Shown here: piece after piece, positions 34,772-43,958 of the stretch
Layout of the letters: each line of letters opens with the position of its first letter
How positions within the stretch are numbered: position 1 is the first letter of the stretch
NCBI GenBank assembly: GCA_963702955.1
Contig: OY969774.1
Coordinates: 1,113,476-1,177,475 of the forward strand
Source: an uncultured Solirubrobacterales bacterium
Lineage (GTDB): Bacteria > Actinomycetota > Thermoleophilia > Solirubrobacterales > 70-9
DNA length: 64,000 nucleotides
Reading direction: 5' to 3'
Translations under genes and position numbers: made by a program
The notes under the pieces: generated by a model
The model's database searches: none
Seen by the model: the letters and a program-made list of their open reading frames with translations, nothing else
Told to the model about the DNA's origin: nothing

Positions 34772-35215
34772 ATGAGCAGCGGAGGCGGCGAGCGCGGCAG
34801 CAGCGAGGTCCCGGCCGATCGGGTCGAGACGGCCGAGCGCCGGCTGCGCGAGGCGGCGGAGTCCGCCGCCGCCGCCGAAGAGCGCGCCGCCGCCGAGATC
34901 CAGGCGCTCGAAGAAGACCTCGAGAAGGAGCGCCGGCGCTCGACCGAAGAGCTGGAGGGCCTGCGGCGCGGCCATGAAGCCGAGCTGGCGCGCGAGCGGG
35001 AGGCGAAGGACCAAGCGATCGCCGCCGCCGAGAGCCGTCTGGCCGAGATCGAGACGCAGGCCGAGGCGGCCGAGAAGCGGGTCGAGGAGGCGGAGCGGCG
35101 CGCCGTCGCCGCGGAGGGCGCGAGAACCGGCGGCGAGACCGGCGCGCGCGAATCGGCCGCCGCCTGGCTGCGCGAGCAGGTCGAGGCGATCAGGCGAGAG
35201 GCGGGACGGCGATAG
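34772..35215 (+). CDS. Glu/Ala/Arg-rich coiled-coil protein, unknown function
   Basis: 147-aa low-complexity helical sequence (AERRLREAAESAAAAEERAAAEIQALEEDLEKERRR...). Confidence 0.45.
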   Translation: MSSGGGERGSSEVPADRVETAERRLREAAESAAAAEERAAAEIQALEEDLEKERRRSTEELEGLRRGHEAELAREREAKDQAIAAAESRLAEIETQAEAAEKRVEEAERRAVAAEGARTGGETGARESAAAWLREQVEAIRREAGRR

Positions 35216-36657
35216 CCGCAGGATCGGCGTGTGACGTCGCCGTCGTCGGCGGCGGCGCGGCGGGACTGTGGACGGCGCTTCGCGCCGCCGAGCACGGTGC
35301 CTCCGTCTGCGTCATCTCCCGCACTCCGCTCTCCCAGAGCGCCAGCTTCTGGGCCCAGGGCGGCCTCGCGGCGGCGCTGGAGCCCGGCGACTCGCCCGAG
35401 CGACACGCCGCCGACACGATCGCCGCCGGGCGCGGCCTCTGCCGGCCCTCCGCGGTGCAGGTGCTGGTCGACGAGGCCCCCGCCGCCGTGCGCGACCTGC
35501 TGGCACGCGGCGTCGTCTTCGATCTCGACCACGAAGGCCGGCTGGCGCTGGGCCTGGAGGGAGGGCACGCCGGCCGCCGCATCGTCCACTCCGGCGGCAG
35601 CCAGACGGGGCACGAGCTGACTTCGAAGCTCTCGGCGATGGTCGCCGCCGAGCCGCGGATCGAGGTGCGTGAGCGGACCTCGGCGACGGCGCTGTGGAGC
35701 GACGGCAAGCGCTGTCACGGGGTGATCGGCGACGACGGTCCGATCGGCGCCGCGGCGACGGTCCTGGCAACCGGCGGCGCGGCCGCTCTCTGGAGCCGCA
35801 CCACCAACCCGCGCGGCGCGATCGGCGCCGGCCCGGTGCTGGCGGGGGCCGCCGGCGCCGACCTCGCCGACCTCGAGTTCTGCCAGTTCCACCCGACCGC
35901 GGTCGCCCTGCCCGGCTCGCGCTTCGACGGTGCCCTGATTACCGAGGCGATCCGCGGCGAGGGGGCGAAGCTGCTCGACGCCGCCGGCGAGCGCTTCACC
36001 GACGAGCTGGCGCCGCGCGACGAGGTCACCGCCGCGATCCTCGACCGCATGCAGGCCGACGGTGCCGCCGACGTCAAGCTCGACCTGCGGCAGATCGACC
36101 CGGCCCGCTTCCCCAACGTCTTCGCCTCGCTCGCCGAGGCGGGCCTCGACCCGCACTCGGACCCGATCCCCGTCACCCCCGCCGCCCACTACACGATGGG
36201 AGGGATCGCGGTCGACCTCGACGGCCGCTCCTCCCTGCCCGGCCTCTACGCCGTCGGCGAGTGCTCCTGCACCGGCCTGCACGGGGCCAACCGGCTCGCC
36301 TCCAACTCGCTCAGCGAGTGCTTCGTCTTCGGCGGCCGTGCCGCGGCGGCGGCCGTGGCCGAGGTCGCCGCGAGCGAGCGGCCGACGCCGCCCGAGTGGC
36401 GGTTCGAGCCACCGAGCCAGGAGACCCGCGAGGCGGTCTGGCGGCTGGCAGGTCCGCTGCGGGACCCGCGGCGGCTGACGGAGCTGCGCGACGACCCCTA
36501 CCCGCTCGCGGCGGCGATCGCCGCCGCGGCGCTCGAGCGCCGCGAGTCCCGCGGCGGCCACCTGCGGACCGACCACCCCGGGATCGACCCCGAGCTCGAC
36601 GGCGTCCACATCGTCCTCGGCCCGGACGGCACGACCCGCCGCGAGGACTGGCGCTGA
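35212..36657 (+). CDS. nadB: L-aspartate oxidase; start codon anomalous
   Basis: DVAVVGGGAAGLWTALRAAEHG (FAD Rossmann, from 35233), AQGG, and succinate DH/fumarate reductase flavoprotein-like motifs. The first canonical in-frame start is GTG 35455, downstream of the Rossmann motif. Confidence 0.85.
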   Translation: MAAGSACDVAVVGGGAAGLWTALRAAEHGASVCVISRTPLSQSASFWAQGGLAAALEPGDSPERHAADTIAAGRGLCRPSAVQVLVDEAPAAVRDLLARGVVFDLDHEGRLALGLEGGHAGRRIVHSGGSQTGHELTSKLSAMVAAEPRIEVRERTSATALWSDGKRCHGVIGDDGPIGAAATVLATGGAAALWSRTTNPRGAIGAGPVLAGAAGADLADLEFCQFHPTAVALPGSRFDGALITEAIRGEGAKLLDAAGERFTDELAPRDEVTAAILDRMQADGAADVKLDLRQIDPARFPNVFASLAEAGLDPHSDPIPVTPAAHYTMGGIAVDLDGRSSLPGLYAVGECSCTGLHGANRLASNSLSECFVFGGRAAAAAVAEVAASERPTPPEWRFEPPSQETREAVWRLAGPLRDPRRLTELRDDPYPLAAAIAAAALERRESRGGHLRTDHPGIDPELDGVHIVLGPDGTTRREDWR

Positions 36658-36674
36658 GCCGGTAGCTTCGGCGC

Positions 36675-38654
36675 ATGCTGCTCGGGGTCGACGTCGGCGG
36701 GACCTTCACCGACGCGGTCCTGCTCGACGGCGAGTCGGTCCACACGGCGAAGCTGCCGACCACGCCGGAGGACCAGTCGGAGGGCGTGATCGCCGCGGTC
36801 GAGGAGGTGCTGCGCCGGGCCGGGACCGGGACCGAGGCGGTCGAGTCCTTCGCCCACGGGATGACGGTCGGGACCAACGCCCTGCTCGAGGAGCGCGGCG
36901 CGCGCACCGCGCTGATCGCCACCGAGGGCTTCGCCGACCTGCTCGATATCGGCCGCCAGGACCGGCCCGAGCTGTACCGGCTCTGCGCTCCGAAGCCCCC
37001 GCCGCTGGTCGAGCCGGAGCTGCGCTTCGAGGCGGCCGAGCGGGTCGGCCCGGAGGGCGTGGTCGAGGCGATCGGCGCCGAGGAGCTGGAGCGCCTGGCG
37101 GACCTGGTCCGCGAGAGCGGCGCCGAATCGGTGGCGATCTGCCTGCTCTTCTCCTACCTCGACCCGGCGCACGAGCGGGCGATCGCCGAGCGCCTGCGGC
37201 GCGAGCTGCCGGGCGTCCACGTCTCCGCCTCGCACGAGGTCCTGCCCCGCTTCCGCGAGTACGAGCGCTGCTCGACGACGACGATCGACGCCTACCTCTC
37301 GCCGCTGCTGGGGCGCTACCTGGGGCGGCTCGCCGACGCCGCCGAGGGGGCGGGATTGCCGCGGCCGGTCGTCATGCGCTCCTCCGGCGGAGTCGCCGAG
37401 GTCGCCGAGGCGGCGCGGGCCGGTGCCTGGAGCGTCCTCTCCGGACCGGCCGGCGGCGCGGTCGGCGCCGCCCTGCTGGCGCGCGCGGCCGGCGACGGCA
37501 ACGCCCTCGGCCTCGACATGGGCGGCACCTCGTGCGACGTCTGCGTGGTCGAGGACGGCGAGGTGCGGCGCACCGGCTCGCGGCAGATCGGGGGGCGGGT
37601 CATCCAGCTGCCGATGGTCGACGTGCACACGGTCGGCGCCGGCGGCGGCTCGATCGCCTGGCGCGACCCCGGCGGCGCGCTGCGGGTCGGCCCGCGCTCG
37701 GCCGGCGCCGTGCCCGGTCCCGCCTGCTACGGACGCGGCGGCGGGGAGCCGACGGTCACCGACGCCGACCTGCTGCTCGGCCGGCTCGCGGCCGACTCGA
37801 CCCTGGCGGGCGACGTCGTGCTCGACGTCGAGGCCGCCGGCGCGGCGGTCGGGAGGCTGGCCGGAGCGCTGGGGATCGGCGAGCTGGAGGCGGCGGAGGG
37901 GATCGTGCGGGTCGCCGACCAGGAGATGGTGCGGGCGCTGCGCGTGGTCACCGTAGAGCGGGGGGTCGACCCGCGCGGCTTCGCCCTGCTGCCCTTCGGC
38001 GGCGCCGGGCCGATGCACGCCGCCGGGATCGCCGCCGAGCTCGGCATCGGGCGGATCCTCTGCCCGCGCGCCGGCGGCGTGCTCTCGGCGCTCGGCCTCT
38101 GCGCCTCCGACCGCCGCCGCGACACCGCCCGCACGGTGATGCTGAGCGGCGCAGCGCTCAGCGCGGCGAGAATCGCGGCGGAGATCGAGGAGCTGATCGC
38201 CGGGCTCGGCGGCGACCCGGCCGGCAGAGCCGAGCCCGAGATCGTCTACGAGATGCGCTACGCCGGCCAGGCCTTTGAGCTGCCGGTGAACGGGACGGCG
38301 CGACCGGACCCCGAAGAGCTGACCGCCCGCTTCGAGCGGGCGCACGAGGAGCGCTACGGCCACCGCGACCCCGACGGCGAGGTCGTCCTCGTCAACATCC
38401 GCCTGGCGCTGGTGGCGCCGGGACCGCGGCCGCGCCTCGCGGCACCCGAGCCGGGCCGCCTTGAGGAGAGCATGCGCCAGGTCCGCTTCGCCGGCGAGTG
38501 GCTGGAGACGCAGGTGCTGCGCGGCGAGCCGGCTGCCGGAACCGCAGCGGAGGGCCCGGCGATCTTCGAGCTGCCCGAGGCGACCTTCGTCGTCCCCCCG
38601 GGCTGGAGCGCCACCGTCAACCCCACCGGCACCATCCACGCGGGGGAGCGGTGA
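36675..38654 (+). CDS. hydantoinase/oxoprolinase A family protein
   Basis: MLLGVDVGGTFTDAVLLDG... and a second DMGGTSCD ATPase motif. Confidence 0.9.
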   Translation: MLLGVDVGGTFTDAVLLDGESVHTAKLPTTPEDQSEGVIAAVEEVLRRAGTGTEAVESFAHGMTVGTNALLEERGARTALIATEGFADLLDIGRQDRPELYRLCAPKPPPLVEPELRFEAAERVGPEGVVEAIGAEELERLADLVRESGAESVAICLLFSYLDPAHERAIAERLRRELPGVHVSASHEVLPRFREYERCSTTTIDAYLSPLLGRYLGRLADAAEGAGLPRPVVMRSSGGVAEVAEAARAGAWSVLSGPAGGAVGAALLARAAGDGNALGLDMGGTSCDVCVVEDGEVRRTGSRQIGGRVIQLPMVDVHTVGAGGGSIAWRDPGGALRVGPRSAGAVPGPACYGRGGGEPTVTDADLLLGRLAADSTLAGDVVLDVEAAGAAVGRLAGALGIGELEAAEGIVRVADQEMVRALRVVTVERGVDPRGFALLPFGGAGPMHAAGIAAELGIGRILCPRAGGVLSALGLCASDRRRDTARTVMLSGAALSAARIAAEIEELIAGLGGDPAGRAEPEIVYEMRYAGQAFELPVNGTARPDPEELTARFERAHEERYGHRDPDGEVVLVNIRLALVAPGPRPRLAAPEPGRLEESMRQVRFAGEWLETQVLRGEPAAGTAAEGPAIFELPEATFVVPPGWSATVNPTGTIHAGER

Positions 38655-40156
38655 GCGGGGTGGATCCGGTGACCCTGCAGGTGATGGTGGGTGGGCTGCG
38701 CGCGGCCTGCGAGGAGATGGGGGCGGTGCTGATCCGCTCCGCCTACTCGGCCAACATCAAGGAGCGGCGCGACTGCTCGACGGCGCTCTTCGACGCCGGC
38801 GGAGAGCTGGTGATGCAGGCCGAGCACATCCCCGTCCACCTCGGCTCGATGCCCGACGCGGTCGCCGCGATCCTCGGCGAGGAGCATCGGCCCGGCGACG
38901 CCTGGATCCTCAACGACCCCTTCCGGGGCGGCACCCACCTGCCCGACATCACGCTGATCTCCCCCGTCTTCGCCGCCGGCGAGCTGTTCGGATTCGCCGC
39001 CTGCCGGGCGCACCACGCCGATGTCGGCGGCCCCACCCCCGGCGGGATGCCGGCTCACTCGCACACGCTCGAGGAAGAGGGTGTCGTGATCCCGCCGACC
39101 CGCGCCGACGCGGCCGGGCTGGAGCGGCTGGCCGGGCTGATGCGCTCGCCGCGTCAGCGACTCGCCGACCTGCGCGCCCAGGCCGCCGCCAACCGGATCG
39201 GCGAGCGGCGCCTCGTCGAGCTCGCCGAGCGCCACGGCCCCGACCGCATGCGCGACGGCATGGAGGAGATCCTCGCCTACGCCGAGCGCCGCACCCGCGC
39301 CGCCCTCGACTCCCTCCCGGACGGGACCTACGCGGCCGCCGACGTGCTCGAGGACGACGCCGGCGGCGCGGCGCGCGACGCCACGCTGCGGATCGCGGCG
39401 ACGATCGACGGCGATCGCCTCGTCCTCGACTTCACCGGCACCGACCCGCAGATCGACGGCAACCTCAACTGCCCGCTCTCGGTGACCAAGTCGGCGGCGT
39501 TCTTCGCCGTCCGCGTCCTCACCGATCCCGACGCGCCGCCTTCGGCCGGCGCCTACCGGCCGATCGAGGTGCTCGCCCCCGAGGGCTGCCTGCTCAACGC
39601 CCGCTTCCCGGCGGCGGTCGCGGCCGGCAACGTCGAGACCTCCAGCCGCGTCGCCGATCTGGTCATCGCCGCCCTGGCCGAGGCCCGCGAGGTGCCCGCC
39701 CAGGGGCAGGGCACGATGAACAACCTGACGCTGGCCGGGGAGGGCTTCACCTACTACGAGACGCTCGGCGGCGGCCAGGGCGCCTGTCCCGACGCGGACG
39801 GCCCGAGCGCGATCCACGTCGCGATGTCGAACACGCTGAACACGCCGGTCGAGGCGCTGGAGACGGAGTTCCCCGTACGGGTCCGCGAGCTGTCGCTGCG
39901 GCGCGGCAGCGGCGGCGAGGGGCGGCATCGCGGCGGCGACGGGATCGTCCGCGAGATCGAGGCGCTGGCGCCGATGCGCTACACGTCGATCGGCGAGAGG
40001 CGCCGGCATCCGCCGCACGGACGCGAGGGCGGCGAGGACGGCGAGACGGCGAAGGACCTCCTCAACGGCAAGCCGCTGGCGGGCAAGAGCGAGGGCGATC
40101 TGAGGCCCGGAGACGTGCTCAGGAGCGAGACTCCGGGCGGCGGCGGCCACGGCTGA
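38651..40156 (+). CDS. hydantoinase B/oxoprolinase family protein
   Basis: GTG 38651 overlaps the upstream stop (GTGA). DPVTLQVMVGGLRAACEEMGAVLIRSAYSANIKERRDCSTALFD. Confidence 0.9.
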   Translation: MSGVDPVTLQVMVGGLRAACEEMGAVLIRSAYSANIKERRDCSTALFDAGGELVMQAEHIPVHLGSMPDAVAAILGEEHRPGDAWILNDPFRGGTHLPDITLISPVFAAGELFGFAACRAHHADVGGPTPGGMPAHSHTLEEEGVVIPPTRADAAGLERLAGLMRSPRQRLADLRAQAAANRIGERRLVELAERHGPDRMRDGMEEILAYAERRTRAALDSLPDGTYAAADVLEDDAGGAARDATLRIAATIDGDRLVLDFTGTDPQIDGNLNCPLSVTKSAAFFAVRVLTDPDAPPSAGAYRPIEVLAPEGCLLNARFPAAVAAGNVETSSRVADLVIAALAEAREVPAQGQGTMNNLTLAGEGFTYYETLGGGQGACPDADGPSAIHVAMSNTLNTPVEALETEFPVRVRELSLRRGSGGEGRHRGGDGIVREIEALAPMRYTSIGERRRHPPHGREGGEDGETAKDLLNGKPLAGKSEGDLRPGDVLRSETPGGGGHG

Positions 40157-40167
40157 GCAAACTCGAT

Positions 40168-40196
40168 TTGGCGATTTGGCCGACCTCGTCTAGAAT
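40168..40196 (+). promoter_or_regulatory. candidate sigma-70-type promoter for the DUF1802-like gene
   Basis: TTGGCG (40168-40173), 17-nt spacer, TAGAAT (40191-40196). Overlaps a tandem GATTTGGC x2 (40165-40180). The palindrome TGGACAgTGTCCA (40222-40234) lies in the leader. Confidence 0.35.
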
Positions 40197-40289
40197 GCAC
40201 GGCCTTGGGCGGGGGCCCGCCTGGACAGTGTCCAAAGGCGCCAGACCTGCCAGTCACAGAATCATCGACCTCTTAGGTAGAGCTTTCAC

Positions 40290-40919
40290 ATGCCGATCGC
40301 ATTAAAGGAATGGGCTGTAACGGTGCGCGCCCTCGCCGAGGGCGAGCAACTGCTGACCCTGCGCAAGGGCGGGATCCGCGAGGAGAACAAGCACTTCGAG
40401 CTCGAGCACGAGCGCTTCTTCCTCTACCCGACCTTCGACCACCAGCGGAACAACCTGGTGCGCGAGTCCCATCACCCGGAGCTCGGACGCGCCCTCGAGG
40501 AGGGCGTCTGGCCCGACGAGGAGCCGCCGCCCGCCGCGCTGATCCAGGACGGTGGCATCCCCCAGCCCGAGCGCGTGCGGCTGCGCTGCTGGGCCGAAGT
40601 CACCGATCACCTGACGATCGCCAATCCCCGCATCGTCAACGAACTCTCCCCCTTCTACGTCTGGACCCCCGACTACGCCGAGAAGCGGCTCAACTGGAAG
40701 CGGCGCCATCCGCTGCATATCCTGCTGCTGCGGGTCCACCGCATCCCGCGCCCGGTCACGGTGAAGGTGCGCGAGGAGTACCACGGCTGCCGCTCCTGGG
40801 TCGAGATCGACCGCGACCTGCCCTTCGAGGGCACCCCGGTGATGGCCGACGAGGAGTTCGACCGCGCCCGCAGCGAGATCCACTCGGTCTGCACGTCGTC
40901 CGAGCCGGTCCTGGTTTAA
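40290..40919 (+). CDS. DUF1802-like protein
   Basis: N-terminus IALKEWAVTVRALAEGEQLLTLRKGGIREE resembles the DUF1802 signature as I remember it. Confidence 0.5.
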   Translation: MPIALKEWAVTVRALAEGEQLLTLRKGGIREENKHFELEHERFFLYPTFDHQRNNLVRESHHPELGRALEEGVWPDEEPPPAALIQDGGIPQPERVRLRCWAEVTDHLTIANPRIVNELSPFYVWTPDYAEKRLNWKRRHPLHILLLRVHRIPRPVTVKVREEYHGCRSWVEIDRDLPFEGTPVMADEEFDRARSEIHSVCTSSEPVLV

Positions 40920-40948
40920 GGCACCGTCCCAGGCAGTAGGGTCGGCTC

Positions 40949-41704
40949 GTGCCCTGGGTCGAGACCCATTCTCTGAGTTTCACGGCCCGTCACGACAGCG
41001 GCGATTCGAGCTTCGCGGAGCGGATCCTGGACCGGATGGAGGAGCTTCGACTGCGGCTCGAGGATCGCTTCGAGGCCGTCCCCGGCGACGTCACCGTCGT
41101 CGTCCACACCAACCCGGCGCTGCTGGCGATGGCCCACCCGTTCCTGCCGGCGGCCCGCTGGTCGGCGGCCCCGGCCGGCCGCCGCTACCTGGCCGGCTGG
41201 GCGATGGCGACCGAGCTGCACGTCCTCAACGACACGCACATGGAACGGCGCGCCGCCGGCGCGGACTCGCGCGAGGCGCTGCGCGGAACCGCCGAGCGCC
41301 TCTACGCGCAGCTGGTACTCGCCGCCAACAACCCCGACCTCCCCCCCTCCTGGACGCCGCGGCGCTTCGTCCGCTACCTCGGCTGGGCCTGGCTGGTCGA
41401 GGGCGCCGCCCAGTACTTCGCCCGCCAGGTCGGCCTCTACCGCGCGGCGGTGATCCGGCGGCTGCGGGAGAGCGCCCGCCCCTCCTTCCCCCCCTCGCGC
41501 CGCGACGCCGTCATCCTCGGCGGCACGATCTTCGACCTGCTGGAGACAGAGCGCGGCGCCGACGCCTGCGAGCGCCTCGCCCTGAAGCTCCTCCCCGGCG
41601 GCGCCGTGCCCACCCTCGAAGCCGCCTTCGAGGCGCGGATCGGCGAGGTCGAGGACGCCTGGCGCGCCTACCTGCGGTCGGTGGCACGGCCCGCCAGCGG
41701 ATAG
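40949..41704 (+). CDS. hypothetical protein (251 aa)
   Basis: Good GC3 coding signal. I recognise no motif. Confidence 0.55.
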   Translation: MPWVETHSLSFTARHDSGDSSFAERILDRMEELRLRLEDRFEAVPGDVTVVVHTNPALLAMAHPFLPAARWSAAPAGRRYLAGWAMATELHVLNDTHMERRAAGADSREALRGTAERLYAQLVLAANNPDLPPSWTPRRFVRYLGWAWLVEGAAQYFARQVGLYRAAVIRRLRESARPSFPPSRRDAVILGGTIFDLLETERGADACERLALKLLPGGAVPTLEAAFEARIGEVEDAWRAYLRSVARPASG

Positions 41705-41714
41705 ACCCGGCCTT

Positions 41715-41754
41715 TGGCAGCCTTTGGGGTACTCAGGACCCCCAAAGGCTGCCA
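41715..41754. terminator. 15-bp perfect stem hairpin between convergent genes (palindromic element family member 1)
   Basis: TGGCAGCCTTTGGGG (41715-41729), 10-nt loop, CCCCAAAGGCTGCCA (41740-41754), then TTT. Starts 10 nt after the stop at 41704. Confidence 0.6.
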
Positions 41755-41779
41755 TTTAGCCGGGGGGCCATCGGGTCGG

Positions 41780-42005
41780 CTAGGGGAAGAGAGCGCGGTC
41801 GGCGAAGGGGTGCGCTTCGACGTAGGCGAACCGGGCGTCGAGGACTCGGCGACCCGCCGCTCCAGCGGGCGCTCGCCGACGAAGTGCTCGCGCCAAACCT
41901 CGCGCGGCTCGGCGCAGTGGCGCTCGAGCAGGTGCTTGTAGAGATCGCGCTTCGAGTCGAAGCGTTGTGCGACCCACTCTCCACGATCGACGGCGGCACC
42001 ACCGC
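41780..42005 (-). pseudogene. gene remnant: coding-like signal in two frames, no start codon
   Basis: Frame A: GGGAAVDRGEWVAQRFDSKRDLYKHLLERHCAEPREVWREHFVGERPLERRVAE, with high GC3 and no ATG/GTG/TTG. The signal switches near 41845 to the frame ending VLDARFAYVEAHPFADRALFP-stop (41780). Confidence 0.35.
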
Positions 42006-42236
42006 CTAGCTCGTTCCCGGCGTCCCCTCCAGCACTTCGCGTGCTCGCTCGGCGATCTCCTCGGCGACCAGAACCTGGCGCGGGCCGGCGGCGAGGAAGT
42101 CGGGCACGTCGAAGCCGGCGGCGCGCTTCAGCATGCTGGGGATGCCGTGCTCGGAGAGCAGGCCCTGGATCATTTCCGCCTCGGCCTGGTTCTGGCCGTA
42201 GCCGACCTTGACCAGCTTGCCGCTACGCGACGACAA
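42006..42236 (-). CDS. DUF2007-like small protein
   Basis: 76 aa, MSSRSGKLVKVGYGQNQAEAEMIQGLLSEHGIPSMLK... Overlaps the mec stop by 14 nt. Confidence 0.45.
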   Translation of the reverse strand: MSSRSGKLVKVGYGQNQAEAEMIQGLLSEHGIPSMLKRAAGFDVPDFLAAGPRQVLVAEEIAERAREVLEGTPGTS

Positions 42237-42618
42237 GCTCCGCCTCGGCGATCTCGCCGTCGCGGATCCAGAAGCCCTTCAGGTCGGGCGCGTCCGGGTC
42301 GGCCAGCGAGGCGATCAGGTAGACCGCGTCGGGCCAGCCGGCCAGGTTGACGTCGGTCTGCGAGGGATAGGCGGCGCTCTTGGTGTGCGAGTGGTAGATC
42401 CCGACCAGCTCCTCCCCCGCCGCTTCGATCTCCTTCATCAGCCGGAACTGCTCCCTGGCGTCGATCGAGTAGCGCAGCGGGCTCGCCTCGGCGTTCGCGG
42501 CCCGGTAGACCGTCCGCGCCTCGCCGCCGGCGCCGCCGACCATGCCGCAGCACTCGTCGGGCATGTCGTCGCGCGCGTGGGCGACGATCTCGTCGATCAG
42601 CGACTGGGCGATCCGCAT
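42223..42618 (-). CDS. mec: JAMM/MPN+ metalloprotease (Mec-type CysO-cysteine hydrolase)
   Basis: Start MRIAQSLIDEI (ATG 42618). ECCG and the JAMM motif HSHTKSAAYPSQTD. Confidence 0.85.
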   Translation of the reverse strand: MRIAQSLIDEIVAHARDDMPDECCGMVGGAGGEARTVYRAANAEASPLRYSIDAREQFRLMKEIEAAGEELVGIYHSHTKSAAYPSQTDVNLAGWPDAVYLIASLADPDAPDLKGFWIRDGEIAEAELVVA

Positions 42619-42638
42619 CGTCGAGGCGAGGCTTGCGT

Positions 42639-43619
42639 CTACCACCAGACCGTCGAATCGAGGTTTTCGATGTCGTCGATCGGTTTCGTGTAGACGCCGG
42701 AGGAGAGGTACTTCCAACCGTCGTCGGGGATCAGGAAGACGACGTTGCCGCCGTCGAGCTCGCTGCCGATGCGGACGGCGATGCGGGCGATCGCGCCGGA
42801 GGAGACGCCGGCGAAGACGCCCTCCTCGTCGAGCAGCTTGCGGGTCCAGACGATCGCGTCGCGGTTGGAGACCATGATTTTGCGGTCGATGATCGAGAGG
42901 TCGATGATCGGCGGGATGAAGCCGTCGTCGAGCGAGCGCAGGCCGTGGACCATCTCGCCCTGCATCGGCTCGGCGGCGACGATCAGCGTCTCGGGGTCGT
43001 GCTCCTTGAGGCGGCGGCCGTTGCCCATCAGGGTGCCGCCGGTGCCGAGCCCGCCGACGAAGGCCGTCACCTCGTCGAGCTCTTCGAGGATCTCGACCGC
43101 GGTGCCGTTGTAGTGGGCGAGCGGGTTGGCCTCGTTGCCGTACTGGTAGGGCATGTAGTAGCGCGAGTCCTCGGCCATCTCCAGCGCCACCTCGACCGCG
43201 CCGTTGGAGCCCTTGGCGCCCTCGGAGTAGACGATCTCGGCCCCGTACATCTCGAGCAGCTGGGTGCGCTCGGCGGTGACGTTGTCGGGCATCACCACCT
43301 TCAGCGGGTAGCCCTTGCGGCCGCAGATCATCGCCAGCGAGATGCCGGTGTTGCCGGAGGTCGGCTCGAGGATCGTCTGCCCCGGCTCGATCGCGCCCTC
43401 GGCCTCGGCCGTCTCGATCATCGAGCGGGCGACCCGGTCCTTGACCGAGCCGGTCGGGTTGCGCCCCTCGAGCTTTGCGTAGATGCGAACGCCTGGCTTC
43501 GGCGAGAGGCGCGGCAGCTCGACCAGCGGCGTATTGCCGATCGACTCGACGATGTCGCCGAAGCGTCCCCCGCAGGGTCGGTTCAGTAGCTCTCCCGGCA
43601 CTTCAAAAAGTATAGCCAT
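42639..43619 (-). CDS. cysM: PLP-dependent cysteine synthase (CysM-type, thiocarboxylate-dependent by context)
   Basis: NPTGSVKDRVA (PLP lysine), TSGNTG, GTGGT motifs. Located between cysO and mec. Confidence 0.9.
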   Translation of the reverse strand: MAILFEVPGELLNRPCGGRFGDIVESIGNTPLVELPRLSPKPGVRIYAKLEGRNPTGSVKDRVARSMIETAEAEGAIEPGQTILEPTSGNTGISLAMICGRKGYPLKVVMPDNVTAERTQLLEMYGAEIVYSEGAKGSNGAVEVALEMAEDSRYYMPYQYGNEANPLAHYNGTAVEILEELDEVTAFVGGLGTGGTLMGNGRRLKEHDPETLIVAAEPMQGEMVHGLRSLDDGFIPPIIDLSIIDRKIMVSNRDAIVWTRKLLDEEGVFAGVSSGAIARIAVRIGSELDGGNVVFLIPDDGWKYLSSGVYTKPIDDIENLDSTVWW

Positions 43620-43650
43620 GGAGCGCCGAGGCGCCGGCTTACAGCCCGTC

Positions 43651-43923
43651 TCAGCCGCCGGCCATGGCCGGCAGGATCACCACGGTGTCGCCGTCGGAGA
43701 CCGCGGTGTCGAGCCCGTCGAGCACCCGCACGTCCTCGTCGTTGAGGTAGACGTTGACGTAGCGGTTGAGGTCGCCGTCGGCGCCGAACAGCTGCGCCTC
43801 GGTGTCGGGGTGCGCAGCGGTCAGCGCCCGCAGCACCTCGCCCACGTTGCCGCCGCCGGCCTCGACCTCGGGCTGCCCCCCGGTCTGGGCGCGCAGCACC
43901 GGTGGTATGCGGACGGTTGCCAT
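43651..43923 (-). CDS. cysO: MoaD/ThiS-family sulfur carrier protein ending in GG
   Basis: 90 aa with beta-grasp-like sequence. C-terminus ...VVILPAMAGG-stop. Confidence 0.85.
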   Translation of the reverse strand: MATVRIPPVLRAQTGGQPEVEAGGGNVGEVLRALTAAHPDTEAQLFGADGDLNRYVNVYLNDEDVRVLDGLDTAVSDGDTVVILPAMAGG

Positions 43924-43958
43924 CGACGCGATCCTAGTGGGGTGGGCCGCCGCGCGCC

